A stretch of DNA of 64,000 nucleotides from Zancudomyces culisetae HAW-14-8. Its lineage: Eukaryota; Fungi; Kickxellomycota. Every line of letters starts with the position of its first letter. Position 1 is the stretch's first letter. Shown piece after piece: positions 40,701-54,500 of this stretch. Where the stretch lies: positions 1,054,001-1,118,000 of the forward strand of contig JBNJNM010000021.1 of NCBI GenBank assembly GCA_052426225.1, given 5' to 3'. Under the pieces are notes generated by a model. It ran no database searches. It was not told the origin of the DNA and saw nothing but the letters and a program-made list of their open reading frames with translations. Position numbers and translations under genes: made by a program.

Positions 40701-43278
40701 ACTTATTGGATCCTTCCTGTAACAGACTTCAATATATCGGTGATCCGAAAATGGCCCTACCTCAATCCTGAAGTTGTGATAGAATTGTAAACTATAATTA
40801 CAAACTAGGATGTGGTCGATTATTGACTTACTTTTTCCATCACCGCTTTCAAAGGTATACTCATTCCCATTTTCTTTATAATTAAAAATATTATGTAGAT
40901 TTATAAGATTAAAATGTGATATTATTATTATACTCTCCCACACAGTAGGTTTAATATCGGAGAATTTTGGTCCAAAACATTGCTTTGTACCATATTAAAG
41001 TCCCCCATCATTATAATAAACATATTGAGTAGGATGTCATATTTTTTTATTATTATCTCAAGACAGTTAATAAAGTTTTGTCTTTAGTTTTTGGAGTCTG
41101 ATGGGAATTGTAAATTAAAGTTATAAAACTCCTCATCGGTTTTGAGCTGTTTCAATCTGGCGAATATAACACGGCCGTCTATGAAAACATCACTCTCCAG
41201 TATTTTAAATTCATTATTATTTATTAAGATATCAGTTTGTAGTGCCCAAATGCAATCACCTCCCCATTGAGATGACCAAAACTGCTCATCCTCAGAAACA
41301 AAATGTACTTTCTGAAGACAAATTATGTCTGAGTTAGACATAAATTTAAAATTTTAAATGCTTCGGACTGTTTTTGATGGCTCCGTATACCCTTAATATT
41401 AAAAGTAAAAAATTTAATCATATATTATTAAATGAAATCCTACCTTAACAATCCAAATTCATATTTGATGAATTAGATTGTTTTTTCTTACCTACTGTTG
41501 TAGGATTAGGTAATCCCACTGTACCTGGCACAGTCCTACTTCTCAACACCCTATCAGTAATAATTGGGTGTCCTGGAAAAGCAATTTTTTGAGTAATATT
41601 ACTCTTTATCGCTTTTCCAGGTTTCTTTGAAGCCTGACTGGCTGGACCTTGATTGGCTAAATTATTTTCAGATATATCAACCTGATCCTGAGTCAATTGG
41701 GGAGTGGACTCTTGGGTTTCAGTAGGTTCTGCGGTCCCAATTTCATCGACCACCATCCCGTTTCCCTCTGACTGTTCCTCCTCAATTTGAGGTTGCTCAA
41801 CTGTAGGTTGAGCAGGAACAGTCGGAGTCTCAGGACCATTCTCAATTTCCTTATTTCTTTCAGGCTCTTCCGGCTCTCGAGCAATAGCAAGTTCCGCTTC
41901 GATTCTTTTTCAATCTCGGCATCCTTTGCTTTCTGAGACTGCTCTAGCTCCCTATTTATTTTTTTCTGAGCTTTGGAAAGATTGTTATTAGTTTTATCGC
42001 CTGTAATTAGTTTACCTTTTTTATTTATGTTATATAGTAACTATTTTTATAATTTTTTTTAGATTTATTTAGCTTTAACTCTGAGCAATCTGACTTCCAG
42101 TGTTACAAGCTTGAGCAGAAGGTACAGATTTTTGAGCACCCTAAAAACACCATAGGGATTATTTGCTCTTCGATCACCAAGCAGTTTGAGATCTCGATAT
42201 CTGCACTCTTCTTTACAAACAGGATCTTCGTGTCTAATGGCGCCACTCCAAAACAGTCAGTTGATTTCCAAGCACCAATATCTTTAATCTCACCTAGCGG
42301 TGCAAGAACTCTATAGGCTTCCTCAACGACCGCTTTAATGTGGTCCACCCAAAAGTCAGGAATGTGAATGCACGTACCTTCTCGCCATATGTAGGAATGG
42401 CCAATTTCCGAAACATAATTTTTAGTTACAATTTGGCTTACTAAAAATTTAACCTATTTTATTATTTCATTTCCGGTTTTCTATTATGCCATACCGATAT
42501 TGGAATCAAGCTTAAAAAAATCAACATGTTATCTCTAGTTATTATTGGGATAATTTACAAAGAAAATATAAGATAATTTCCAATAATTATATCCAACAAA
42601 ATCCATGATAAAATTAGATAATCCAAATCCATGATAAAACCGATTTACAAAATCAATATTAAAATTGATATACAAAATCATTGTTTTAATTGATTAACCA
42701 AATTATGTTAAAATTAACAAATGAAAACTATAAGTTTAACGATAATTAGTTACCTTAATCTTGTTATGAATAGAAGGTATTTCTATAAGTTTATTTTATT
42801 TAATTTTATTTTTATTATTCTTAAATTTGTAAGTTGAATTTCCATTTTAGTAAAGTTCCATAAATTGATTTAGGTAAACATGAAATTAATTAATACCATA
42901 TCCATTTTCAATTAACTGATATTATTTAAATATACCAAAACAACTCAATGTTGAACTAAACGCTAAAATTGAAATCATGAAACTAATCAAAGGTCAAACT
43001 CCTTGTATGTTTATCAAAGTAAGAAATTTTTTTCTTCAATAAACAAGGTCTTGCGACCTTGGTTTTTTTCAGGAAATTTTTGCTGTCGAAAAAGTATATA
43101 AATTCAACGTAATTCGTTGTGAAAATCGTCATAGAAAAATTTTCTCTTTAGTTTAATAAAGTTAATATATTTTTTAAATCAAGTTCATTAAATAAAATAT
43201 ATCTAGTTCTAACACATTTATTATCTTTAATATCAATTATTACCATATTGTATTTTAATAACAATATTTTTAAAATAC

Positions 43279-46200
43279 ATGTGTATTCAAAACACTAACA
43301 AGTCGGGGCCAGTAATCAAACCAGCTACCCTAAGAGTTAGGAAGAAAATGGAAATTAGACTATCGGAGAACATTCAAAAGTTTTCGATAGGTTCAGAGTT
43401 GGATAAATTAAAACCAGATATTTCACTTGGTCAACTGTTACAGTCTTCACCCGAAATCAGGAAAGAGTTGGTCGATCTCTTTAAGAAGATAGAAGCCAAG
43501 GAGCTGAACACCATTGTAGAAGATAGGACAACCACCACAAACTGCAAAGCTTATATTGAAGTATTTAGAAAGCACCAGCTCACAGTTATTGATACAGGTG
43601 CAGCATGATCAGTAATCTCAGAGCAATTTGTAGAATGTTAGGTTTAAAAATTGAGCAAAAAGATCACTCAATGCTCATAACCGCTGATGGCACCAAGCAT
43701 GAGACACTGGGAATAATCAGAGATGTTCCATTTGTTATAGCAGGGTTCATCTTCCCAGGAGATTTAGTAGTTATGGAAGGAGGATTAAACAGGATGGTGT
43801 TGGGAGCAGATTGGTTACTGAAACACCAGGACAACATCGATTTGAGCAACATGGAGCTGCTCTTACCAACGGTAGAAGGGGACGTTGTAGTTTCACTGAT
43901 GATAACTGAAACAGATGGTCCAAAACAGATAAACGAGATTGAATACTACTCGATGATCAAGGAAGTCGATAACCGCGAACAGAAAGAAAAACTACCAGAA
44001 AATATTGCAGAAGTGCTCAAAGAGTATGCAGAGATATTCGTGGATGACTTGCTAGAACTCCAGCAAACAAATGTGTTGGAACACAGTATTGATACTGGAG
44101 ATTCAAACCCAGTAAGAGTGCGACCATACAGAATAGCTCACCACCTAAGGGAACAGGTGAGGGAAGAACTAAAAATTATGGAACAAAGAGGAATCATAGA
44201 GCCATGTCAATCAGATTGGTGTGCACCGGTAGTTGAAGTCAAAAAAAAAAACGGAAAACTTCGGATCTGTTCTGACTACCGCAAACTCAACATGATTACC
44301 AAAAAAGATCTTTATCCTCTACCCATAATTGACGACATACTAGCAGCATTCGGAGAAGCAGGAGTATTCAGTGTAGTCGATGCCATGAGTGGATTCTGGC
44401 AGGTACGTATGAACAGCGCGGATAAACACAAGACCGCGTTTGCATTACCAGGTGATGGTATGTATTGCTATAATGTAATGCCGTTTGGATTATGCAATAG
44501 TCCGGCAACATTCCAAAAGATGATGGAACGAGTACTGGCAAAAGTACTCTGGAAGTTTGCTATTGTGTTTGTAGATGACATAATCATCTATTCAAAGAAC
44601 ACAGAAGACCACACTCAACACCTTAGAGAAGTGTTTGAGTTATTGAAGCAACACAAGGTGCAGCTCCACAAAGAAAAATGTGAGTTTGCAAAGACCGAAA
44701 TCAAGTATCTGGGATATACGGTCTCTAAACATGGCATTTCTACCAACAAGGATAAAATAGAGGCCATGGAAAAAGTAACCGCACCAAGGAACGTCAAAGA
44801 GATTCAATCGTTCTTGGGGCTCACAGGTTACTACAGAAAATTTATAGAGGGATACGCATTGATAGTAAAGCCGCTTACAGAGCTATTAAAGAAGGACGTA
44901 CCCTGGACTTGGAGCGCAAGTTGTGAAGAGTCGGTTAAAACACTAATTAAAAAACTAACAGAAGCACCGACTCTGGCACACCCAAATTGGGAACAGGCAT
45001 TTATACTCACAACGGATGCATCTGGAATTGGATTGGGGGCAATTCTATCTCAAGTACAAAATGGGGAAGAAAGACCCATAGCATATGCTAGTAGAACAAA
45101 CAACAGGCATGAACAGAACTACTCAATCACACACTTGGAAGGATTGGCAGTAGTTTGGGGAGTCAAAAAGTTTAAGCACTACCTGTATGGAAAGAGTTTC
45201 AAGATTCGAACCGACCATATGGCATTGTTAAAAGTTTTTGATTCTCAAGAGTTAAATGGAAGAGTCGCTAGATGGGCCATGTTCCTAAGAGAGTACGACT
45301 TTGAATTGGAGCATTGCCGCGGTCCAAATAATCCTACTGATTATTTATCCAGGAACGTAGAGACCGGAGAAACGGAAAACAAGATAACAAAGTATGAGGA
45401 ACTAATGGTGATCGATGTCTTACATCATAAAGCCATTGAGAACTACCTCAGAGATTTCAGCTACCCGCTACGAGCTGATGAAGAGTTCAGAGCCAAGCTA
45501 AGAAAAAGAGCAAAGCTATATAAATTAGTAAACGATAAAGTATGCAAGTACTCTAGGGAATTAGGAATCCGAGAAGTGTTACACAGCGACAATGCTAAGT
45601 TAATGATAAGAGAAATTCATGAATAAGGACACGAAGGGATTCTAAACACTCTCAATAGAGTGAAAAATAAATATGTAGGAAGAGGCTTGCGTAAAATTGT
45701 AGAAGAAGTGGTACAAGAATGCGAACGGTGCCAAAAATATGAAGAAGGCGAATTTAGAAGAACGGAAATGCATCCGATAATTGCGCCTGCACCATTCCAA
45801 ATCATGGGTATAGATGTAGTAGAACCCATTAACCCTATATCAAAATCTGGGAATAGATTTATCATCACAGCGATAGACTATTTTACTAGGTGGCCCATTG
45901 CGGTAAAGTAACAAATTTCCAGTCAGAAACCATCGTAGAATTTCTGTTAAGTAAGGTAGTACAGGAGTTTGGAGTACCAACTCAGTTAATTTCAGACAGA
46001 GGCAGTTCATTTGTATCAGAAATAACCACGGAGTTATACAAGCAGTTGGGAATAAAACACACACCAACCACTGCTTTCAGGCCTCAGACTAACGGACAAG
46101 TCGAGAGATTTCATAGAACATTTAAGAATGTCTTAGCAAAAATATGCGTAATGGACAGAGACAACTGGGATAGTTATATTTGGAAAGCCCTACTGGTTGT

Positions 46201-46690
46201 TAGATCAATGAAAAACAGATCTACTGGGTTCAGTCCATCAGAGATGTTATATGGTGTAAAAATGCAAACACCATCAACTTGGATGCCGCCGGCTGAAATT
46301 GATAACTTAGAGGAAGAGATATTGCAGAGAATGAGAGTCGTGCAGATCAGTATTCCAAAGATGAGAGAAAAAGCTATGGAAAATAACGCAAAGTCAAAGT
46401 CAGTAATGAAGCAGAGATACGACAAAGTGGTAAAGCGTTATCAGTTCAAAGAAGGAGACCTAGTATTAAAAAGAATATGTGGACCTGGAGGCAAGTTTGA
46501 CCCAATCTGGGAAGGTCCTTAAGAAATCATCAAGTGTTACACGAAAGGCGTGTATTTGATCAAAGACCCAGACGGAAACATGGATACAGTGAACGGCAAT
46601 AGATTAAAGGCCTACAAGTATTCAGAGAGAATGGTCCCCGAAGTAGTGCCAAGTTATTTAAAAACTAAGATCAGAAGATACAGGAATTAA
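43279..46690 (+). pseudogene. Element D: 5'-truncated, decayed gag-pol of the B/E/G clade
   Basis: Protease IDTGAA followed by a stop, RT FVDD, RNase H, integrase with several stops and frameshifts; C-terminal MVPEV tail; probable 3' LTR start near 46720. Confidence 0.88.
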
Positions 46691-47316
46691 TCACGGCGCG
46701 AAAGCTGGATGGGAGACATTGATAATGCAAAAGCATTAACTTTAATTTACCGCTTTCATTGCAGCAAAATAGCAGAGAAATCAATTTTGAAAAAATTGTT
46801 TCCTGCGCAATTCAATTTAGAGTATAAAAATTATGACCATGTCATAAATTTTTGTCAATTTTACAGCCAATTTAATGTACAAATCGATTTATTTTTTAGT
46901 CGAATCGATTTTATACTTTATTAGTGTATTTATTATTAATCAATTTTATTAGTAAATTATTAGTATAAATTGCAAAATTTGTAAATCCGACCAAAACCAC
47001 ACTAAAAGTAAAAATAAACATATATAGAGAGGCGTAATAATAATTTTTTAGTGTAAGGAAAGGGCCATTTTGGCTATATTTTCCAGGTATTGGGAGGAAT
47101 TCTTGATATTAAAATTATATTTACCAAAAATTGTGGAAATTGTCCAGTTGTGTTCTTTCCGAGGGGGTTTTATAGATAGTGGTTAACTGGCTAGAAATGG
47201 TAAATCCTGTGTCAGTAATATCCACCCTTCTAGGGAATCGTGATTGACATTAGTGGAAGTTTTTTGGGATAATCCTATTGGACTAGTACTAAAAAATGAA
47301 AACGAATTCAACAAGC

Positions 47317-47680
47317 TGTCGTATAATATTTTATACTTTATAAAAATAGTGTATGGAAATTGAAGAAATTCAATGGAAATACGTAATCAAAATTATTTTA
47401 GAAATTGGACTCTTTTTTCCTTGGCAATTTTTGTTAGGTTTTTTTAGTGAGAAATTTCGATAGTAAGTTTAGGTTCTTTACTTATCTTTTTAGATAATAA
47501 ACAATATACTAAGAGTTTGCAATATTTAGCCATTAGTAGATATTTTTAAGATCATTTTAACGGATTAAGTGAGCCCATTAATCGAAGCCACAAGTAGATT
47601 CTACGCCAATTATATCCCTAATAACCAACATAACTATTAAATATACGGATTTTCTATATAAACATACAAATTCGTTAACA
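47317..47680 (+). mobile_element. Probable old solo LTR (end at 47663 or 47680)
   Basis: TGTCGTATA start with terminal hairpin; E-family motif ATTGGACTCTTTTTTCC; possible TSD AAGC/AAAC. Confidence 0.5.
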
Positions 47681-47686
47681 AAACGA

Positions 47687-48141
47687 TGTTATAGTGTGGC
47701 TAGAGCTACCTCTGGACATTATATAATATTAACTTACCAATTACATATTTATTTCTATTTATTAATATTTAGGTTTATCTCTTAATATAAGTTAATATGT
47801 ATTTAAGGTTATTTAGTATATTATGTGTTGCCTAGTTTTTTTAATCCTTCTGGATTTAATCTACAGCAACATTCTAGATTATTATTTTAATTAGTATAGT
47901 TTTAAGTTTAAAATATATTTAGGTTTTAAGTTTAATAGTTGTTTTAAAAAAGTATAAATATGATAGTTATTCAGATAGTTTAAACATCATCAAATAAACA
48001 CGTAAAATACAAGTTTGGTCTATTTATTAAAGTTATAGTTACTATAGTGAAAACTTAACAAAATTAGTACATATTTTAGTTTTTCTATCAAATAAATATA
48101 TTTTAAACATTTAGCGAACTGGAACCTGGAATTCACTAACA
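47687..48141. mobile_element. Solo LTR (455 bp) in the stack upstream of tRNA-Leu
   Basis: TGTTATAGTG...CACTAACA termini; 4-bp TSD ACGA overlapping element E's TSD CGAC. Confidence 0.72.
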
Positions 48142-48480
48142 ACGACTGTCGTATGAGAATACGACGATAGTTATTTTTAATTTAAATTATTGAGTTTTAT
48201 TAATATTCGTATAGTTAGCTGAGATTGTACCTTTTTCCCCTTGTGGTTTTTGTCAATCAATATTTTTAGTCATTAAGTAGAATAACATTTAGTTTTATTA
48301 TCGAAGATAATTCAGGGTATAGGAGAATGCCCTCAACAAAAATGAATAAAATAATCTTTTTAATCGCAAAAGATAATAATAAGTTATAATAGTATTAAAC
48401 AAATAAGAAAATACACAAACCATACTTATAAAAAAGATAAATAATAAACAAATATTAGAGTTTTATAGATTCTACAACAG

Positions 48481-48498
48481 TGGCGCTCCCAGCTAGGC
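48481..48498 (+). promoter_or_regulatory. Primer-binding site for tRNA-Asn
   Basis: TGGCGCTCCCAGCTAGGC is the exact reverse complement of the last 15 nt of tRNA-Asn 30917-30990 plus CCA. Confidence 0.95.
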
Positions 48499-50521
48499 GT
48501 TAAATAACCAAAATAGCTTAAAAATAAAATAAAAGTATTTGAACTCTACCTAAACAGAAACCGTTGCAAATGGATAGTGTCTCACGATTCGAAGCCACAT
48601 TGGGAATTGACCCGGAAGAGTGGTTAAAACAGTTTAGATTAGTAGCCAAATTAAGTAAATGGGATCAAGATGATTGGGTTGATTTAGTACAGTTAAAGTT
48701 AGGAAAACGTGAATTAATCTGGTATAGGAAAAACGTTTCGAGTTTTAGTGACTGGACCACATTCACAGTAGCATTTAAAGAAAAATTCTCAACTACGGAG
48801 GATGGTTAAATGAGCTATGATATACTGAAAGGGATCAATCAAAGTAATTACGAGTCTATTGAAGAATTTGAGTTTGCTATGGAAAATGCTTTGGAAAAAG
48901 CAGGAATAACAGAGGCTACAGCAAAGTACAACTGTTTAGTGAGTGCATTGTGTGAAGATGTGAAAAGTAAGGTCAGAGAAATGAGTTTGAATACGTGGGA
49001 CAAGGTTATCAAATGGGTGTTAGATAAGGAAAGACATGAGAGACGAGTCACAACACAAACATCTGACCAGGACTTTACCAAGAATTTGAATGCAAAACAT
49101 GAGTTAAATAGTGCTAAGGCAAATTCTGATAGTGGATATGACGCAATGTTGGAAAAGATGGAGGAATGGTCTTTAAATTTGTTGAGCAAAGTTGATGAAG
49201 CAGTTGAGAGGAGATTAAGCGAAAACAGGAGAAAAAGATATACCAATAATTATCCAAGAGTTATCACCTGCTTTCATTGCCGTAAGGAAGGTCACAAAAG
49301 ATATGAGTGTCCGCGTTTGAAGGAAAATGATGGTATAACAGAAACGAAACGTGCTAACAACGTGAACTTTTTAGAGGTAAGCCGAGAGAATGATCATTCT
49401 AAAGAAATATTAACTGTGCAGCGTAGGGGTACATCACCTAAACAGACCTCACCTTATTCCAGAGAAGAGTTCATTGAAACACCAAAGAAAGTGGGAAACA
49501 CAGATAGAATTAGGTATGTTAAAGCCGTAGATCAGCACATGGATGTGGAAGAGCAGAAGTCGGTAGACTTGAAAAAAACAACTGTCTCAAAACCGAGAGC
49601 GGGAATAAAAAGTAATAAACAGGTGGCTGAAGAAGAAAATATAGAAGAGGTAACAAAGCCAAAAGTTAAAACGGAATTGAAAATGGCTGAAGGAATACAA
49701 CCATTCTCGTTAGTAGAACAACTGGCTAAGTGGAACCCGACTATTTCCTTTCCTCAGCTCATGAGCGTGGCTCCTTCACTGAATAGTGAAATGATTAGCT
49801 TATGCAAGAAAACCAAGAAGCAAGAGATTAATGAAATTAGATTTGCAAAACCCCGTACAACAAATTGCAGGATAATCGTTTCAGTTTATAGTAAAGAAAT
49901 ATGGGCAGTGTTAGGAATTGTTTTAAAATAAATTAAATAAATTCATGTTTATTATAATTCTCCATGACCAAATCAAGTAGGTTACAAAATGAAATTGTAA
50001 CCATATACAAATTACTATAATGTAACTAAGTACAAATTAATTAAATGTAACTAAGTACAAATTAATTAAATGTAACTAAGTACAAATTATTAAATTAATC
50101 TAACCAAGTCAAGTAAAAAATGAATTTCGCGATGAAATTTGTTATAATAATATTCACAGACCATTTTAGGAAATAAGAAACCTAGAAAGAATTCCGAAAC
50201 TAATAATTCAAAGAATCGTCAGAATAACATGAATGACGCAATCATTGACACACTAAACTCACGGTAGTTAATCACATCAGTTACTCATAAGTTTAATAGT
50301 CAAATTTATAGTTTGATAGCAACTTTACTTAAGAAAATTTTATATGGAAAAATCTCTGGAGTAAAAGTATAAAAACCCTTTCGAAATCCATCGAAAGAGA
50401 ACTTCAGAGAAAAATATCTTATTCACTATTGAATACCATATTTTTCTAAATAATTAATAGTAATAAATAATTTAATCTTAAAATATTCAAGTCTTAACAT
50501 AATATTTTTCTCTCTTGAATC

Positions 50522-51508
50522 ATGTCCGAAGAACCAATCTTAACCAATGAGATGGTTCAAACTCTCATGAACCAAATGGCCAGACTCACAGAAGAAGTAG
50601 ACACGCTCCGCCAGTCCGCCAATGTCCAAAGAGGACTGATCCCAGAACCCAAGGTGCCATCACCAGAGAAGTTTTCAGGGTCCAGAAAGGACAATGTAAA
50701 AAACTTCTTATCCACAGTTTCCACAGTCTTCAAGCTCCAGCCTAGCCGTTTCCCGACCGATCACGTAAAAGTCCTGTTCATAGGCACGCTGTTGACCGAG
50801 GGGGCACAGACCTGGTTCCGAACCCTTCAAGAATCCCGTCATCCGATCCTGTTCCAGTACGATAACTTTGTGGCACAGCTTGACCGCACCTTTGGGGAAC
50901 CAAACGCGGTTTGGATAGCCCAAAACAAGTTAAACAACCTCCGCCAGGGGAAATCACGGTGCCTAGCGTTCACGAACCAGTTCAAGTCCATTGCCCTAGA
51001 GACCGACTATAATGAGCCTGCACTGCTCAAGTCTTATTATGAGGGTCTCAACGACGAAATCAAAGACGCCCTATCGACCCTAGAATCACACCCGCCAGGA
51101 TTTGAAGATTTTGCCGCACTCTGTATCCGGATAGATAACCGCATCTATCAGCGCAAAGCCGAGAAAATCAAGATAAAACCATGGATTCCGCCCTCTCACT
51201 TCTCCAACCGAGAAATAACCCGTATGGACGTAGACTCAATGGGGATCAAAAGAGTTTCCGAGTCCGAAAGAGATAACAGAAAGTATAACCGTCTCTGTTT
51301 CTACTGTGGTGGAGATAAACACACCGTCTCCACATGTCCACGCAAATTCCGCAATCAAGAAGCCATGAGTTCCAGAAGCAGTTCGCCCATCAGAAAGTTC
51401 AAGACCTCATTGCCGAACAGAAAGAAGCCCGGAATTATCAAGCTTCCGCCATTTGAATTAAAGGATTCAAAAAACCACAGAACTCTTCAGAAATCGGAGG
51501 GTATCTGA
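50522..51508 (+). CDS. gag: Element F Gag
   Basis: PEKFSG, MDVD and CFYCGGDKHTVSTC motifs. Confidence 0.9.
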   Translation: MSEEPILTNEMVQTLMNQMARLTEEVDTLRQSANVQRGLIPEPKVPSPEKFSGSRKDNVKNFLSTVSTVFKLQPSRFPTDHVKVLFIGTLLTEGAQTWFRTLQESRHPILFQYDNFVAQLDRTFGEPNAVWIAQNKLNNLRQGKSRCLAFTNQFKSIALETDYNEPALLKSYYEGLNDEIKDALSTLESHPPGFEDFAALCIRIDNRIYQRKAEKIKIKPWIPPSHFSNREITRMDVDSMGIKRVSESERDNRKYNRLCFYCGGDKHTVSTCPRKFRNQEAMSSRSSSPIRKFKTSLPNRKKPGIIKLPPFELKDSKNHRTLQKSEGI

Positions 51509-51527
51509 AGAACACAGCGGGACCCTC
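51469..51527 (+). promoter_or_regulatory. -1 programmed ribosomal frameshift signal (A AAA AAC plus H-type pseudoknot)
   Basis: Slippery heptamer 51469-51475 in gag phase; 8-nt spacer; stem 1 TCTTCAGA/TCTGAAGA; stem 2 GAGGGT/ACCCTC; the -1 frame is open into the protease. Confidence 0.85.
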
Positions 51528-54500
51528 AAGATCCACAGTTTTTAATACTTACTTTCTTAATAATACTAAATTTTCAAATAATTTTTTAATTAATATCAAG
51601 TTAAAATATAAAAATAAAAAGATACATACCACGGCTCTAGTTGACACTGGAGCATCAGGAAATTTTATAAGGAAAAATCTTATAACCAATCACAGTATCA
51701 TGATCCAAAGTTTGGATAAACCCATAGAAATAATTCTAGCAAATAACAAACCTGCTAGTCAAAGACTAATCACCGAAACCACAGTACCACTAGAAATCAT
51801 GATAAACAAACATCAATGTTCAACGACTTTCCTTGTGGTGCCAACACTCAGTTATCCTGTTATTCTAGGATTACCATGGTTAAAACAACAACAACCAATT
51901 ATCGATTGGAAAAATTTGAAATTAAGATTTAATTCTACTAATCCTCAAGCATTCATTCCTACAGAGATCAACAATATAACTTTAACTGAAAAATGTTTTG
52001 ACCCATATGAAGACTCTGACGATGAAGAGTTATATGAAAATCATGCCGAAGAAATACCCATAAAATACCGAGAATACGCCGATGTATTTTCCAAGAAGAA
52101 AGCAGATACTCTACCAGCACTAAGACCGTATGACTGTGAAATACCCTTAAAAGACCCAGAAGCCAAGATTCCGTTTAAGCCATTATACAACCTATCAGGT
52201 CCAGAGCTCAAAGCATTAGACGAATATATCAAAGAAAACCTACAAAAAGGGTTCATTAGAAGAAGCCACTCCACCGCTGGGGCTCCAATTTTCTTTATTA
52301 AGAAAAAAGATGGTGGTTTACGACCCTGTATTGATTATAGGGACCTAAATGAACTCACGGTAAAAGATCGGTACCCCTTACCCCTGATTTCAGAACTTTT
52401 AGATCACCTCAATGATGCCAGAATATTTACTAAAATAGATCTGAGAGGTGCATATAACTTAGTTCGCATGAAACCAGGCGAAGAATGGAAAACCGCCTTT
52501 AGATCCCGATATGGTCACTTTGAGTACTTAGTCATGCCGTTTGGACTCACCAACGCGCCCGCAGTTTTTCAGGCCATGGTCAATGACATATTCAGAGATA
52601 TGCTAGACATATCTGTAATAGTATATCTTGATGATATACTAATATTCTCAAGAAGCCAAGAGGCTCATGATAACCATGTGAAAGAAGTCTTGGAAAGACT
52701 GAGAACCCATGGACTATATGCCAAAATTGAAAAATGTCAATTCGACCAGAATTCAGTGGAATTCTTAGGATACGTAATCTCTGACAAAGGAATATCCATG
52801 AGCCCAGACAAAGTACAGACGATTACAACCTGGGAAACTCCAACAAACGTCAAAGGTGTAATGAGTTTCTTAGGCTTTGCAAATTTTTACAGAAAATTCA
52901 TTCTAAATTACTCAAAAATAGTCCGACCGCTAACTAATTTAACCAAGAAGGACGTCACCTTCTCATGGACCCAAGAATGCCAGGATGCATTCGAATACCT
53001 AAAGAAAACAGTAACCTCAGCACCGATACTCGCACATCCCAATCCAAAGTTACCTTTCAGTCTAGAATCTGATGCATCCGATTTTGCCATTGGTGCCGTA
53101 TTGAACCAACCAGTTTCAGAAACAGATCCAACACTCCACCCTGTAGCATTCTACTCTCGTAAACTAGTAGATGCTGAAATTAACTATGATGTTCATGATA
53201 AAGAATTACTAGCCATAGTAAATGCCTTTAAACACTGGAGACACTATCTAAGCGGTGCTGTGCACCCAATATCAGTATTTTCAGATCACAGAAATCTTAC
53301 ATTCTTTAGAACCAAGCGTATATTAAAACAAAGACATGCAAGATGGGCAATACTCTATCAGAATTCGATTTCAAGTTATGTTACAGACCAGGTGTATTAA
53401 ATCCCGTAGCAGACGCATTGAGCCGGAGGACCGACTTAATATCTAAGGAGGGGGGTGAGTATACAAACCCTCAAAACTATGAGACTACTCTACTTCCAGA
53501 CACAAGATGGATCAACACAGCTACCATTAATAAAAACACCCTTACTGAATCCGAAAAACTAGAAATCATTCAGACACGTCATGACGGATTAACCGCAGGA
53601 CATTTAGGTCAAAGAAAGACGTACGAACTCATAGCCAAAGATTACCAATGGAAAGGAATGAGAAAGTTTATTCAAGATTATATCAAGGGATGCGAAACCT
53701 GCCAAAGAAACAAAGTTCACAGACACAGAAAGTATGGACTCCTAAATCCATTACCAATCCCAGACAAACCATGGTCATGCATTTCAATGGACTTCATAGT
53801 CAAATTACCAGTTTCTCAAGGATACGACTCTATTCTGGTAATAGTATGTCGTCTCACTAAACAAGCACATTTTATTCCATGCAATGAATCAATAGACGCA
53901 GCCGGAACTGCTAAGTTGTTTATTAAAAACATATTCAGACTCCATGGGCTACCCCTAGACATTATATCTGACAGGGGGCCACAATTCAGGTCAAGATTTT
54001 GGAAAGAAGTCATGAATTCACTAGACGTGAAGATTAACCTAACCTCAGCTTATCATCCAGAATCTAATGGACAAACCGAAAGAGTAAACCAGACATTAGA
54101 ACAGTATTTAAGAAACTACGCCAATTACAATCAAGACAATTGGGCAGAACTACTTCCATGTGCAGAATTCTCATATAACAACTCAGTAAATGTTAGTACA
54201 AACAAGTCTCCGTTTTATTCTAATTACGGATTTAACCCAAGAGCAGATCACTTACATAACTCAAAGAACTACCAATCCAATCCAGCAGCTACAGACTTCG
54301 TAAAGAACATTCAAGATAACTTAACTATTATAAAAACCTCATTGCAAGAAGCACAGGAAAGATCTGAAAAACAAACAAACAAGAAAAGAAAAGAAACCAA
54401 GTACAAAATAAATGATCTAGTATGGTTAGATCGAAAGAATCTCAAAACTCATAGACCATCAAGAAAATTAGATAATCAAAGAATAGGACCTTTCAGAATA

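Larger units (their letters stand above)
32080..42420 (-). mobile_element. Degenerate L1-clade (Tx1/Zorro-like) non-LTR retrotransposon, split near its 3' end by element C; boundaries approximate
   Basis: ORF1 remnant with CTFCxxxxHxxxxC (~42.1 kb). ORF2 fragments: APE endonuclease (DIICLQ, GDFN, IDHIL, SDH), RT (GLRQGDPLSPLLY, YADD), C-terminal CxxC...ETIKHAYFDC continuing at 32378 across the C insertion. Many stops and frameshifts. Confidence 0.85.

Noticed and set aside
42500-43270. Further solo LTRs in the AT-rich gap
   Set aside because: TG..CA candidates lack matching TSDs or partner copies in the window.
48807-48809. Programmed stop readthrough in E gag
   Set aside because: The stop falls within the capsid region where B has a sense codon, and no readthrough context is evident; likely a nonsense mutation.
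50021-50095. CRISPR-like array
   Set aside because: Spacer-less 25-bp tandem repeat inside a eukaryotic LTR.
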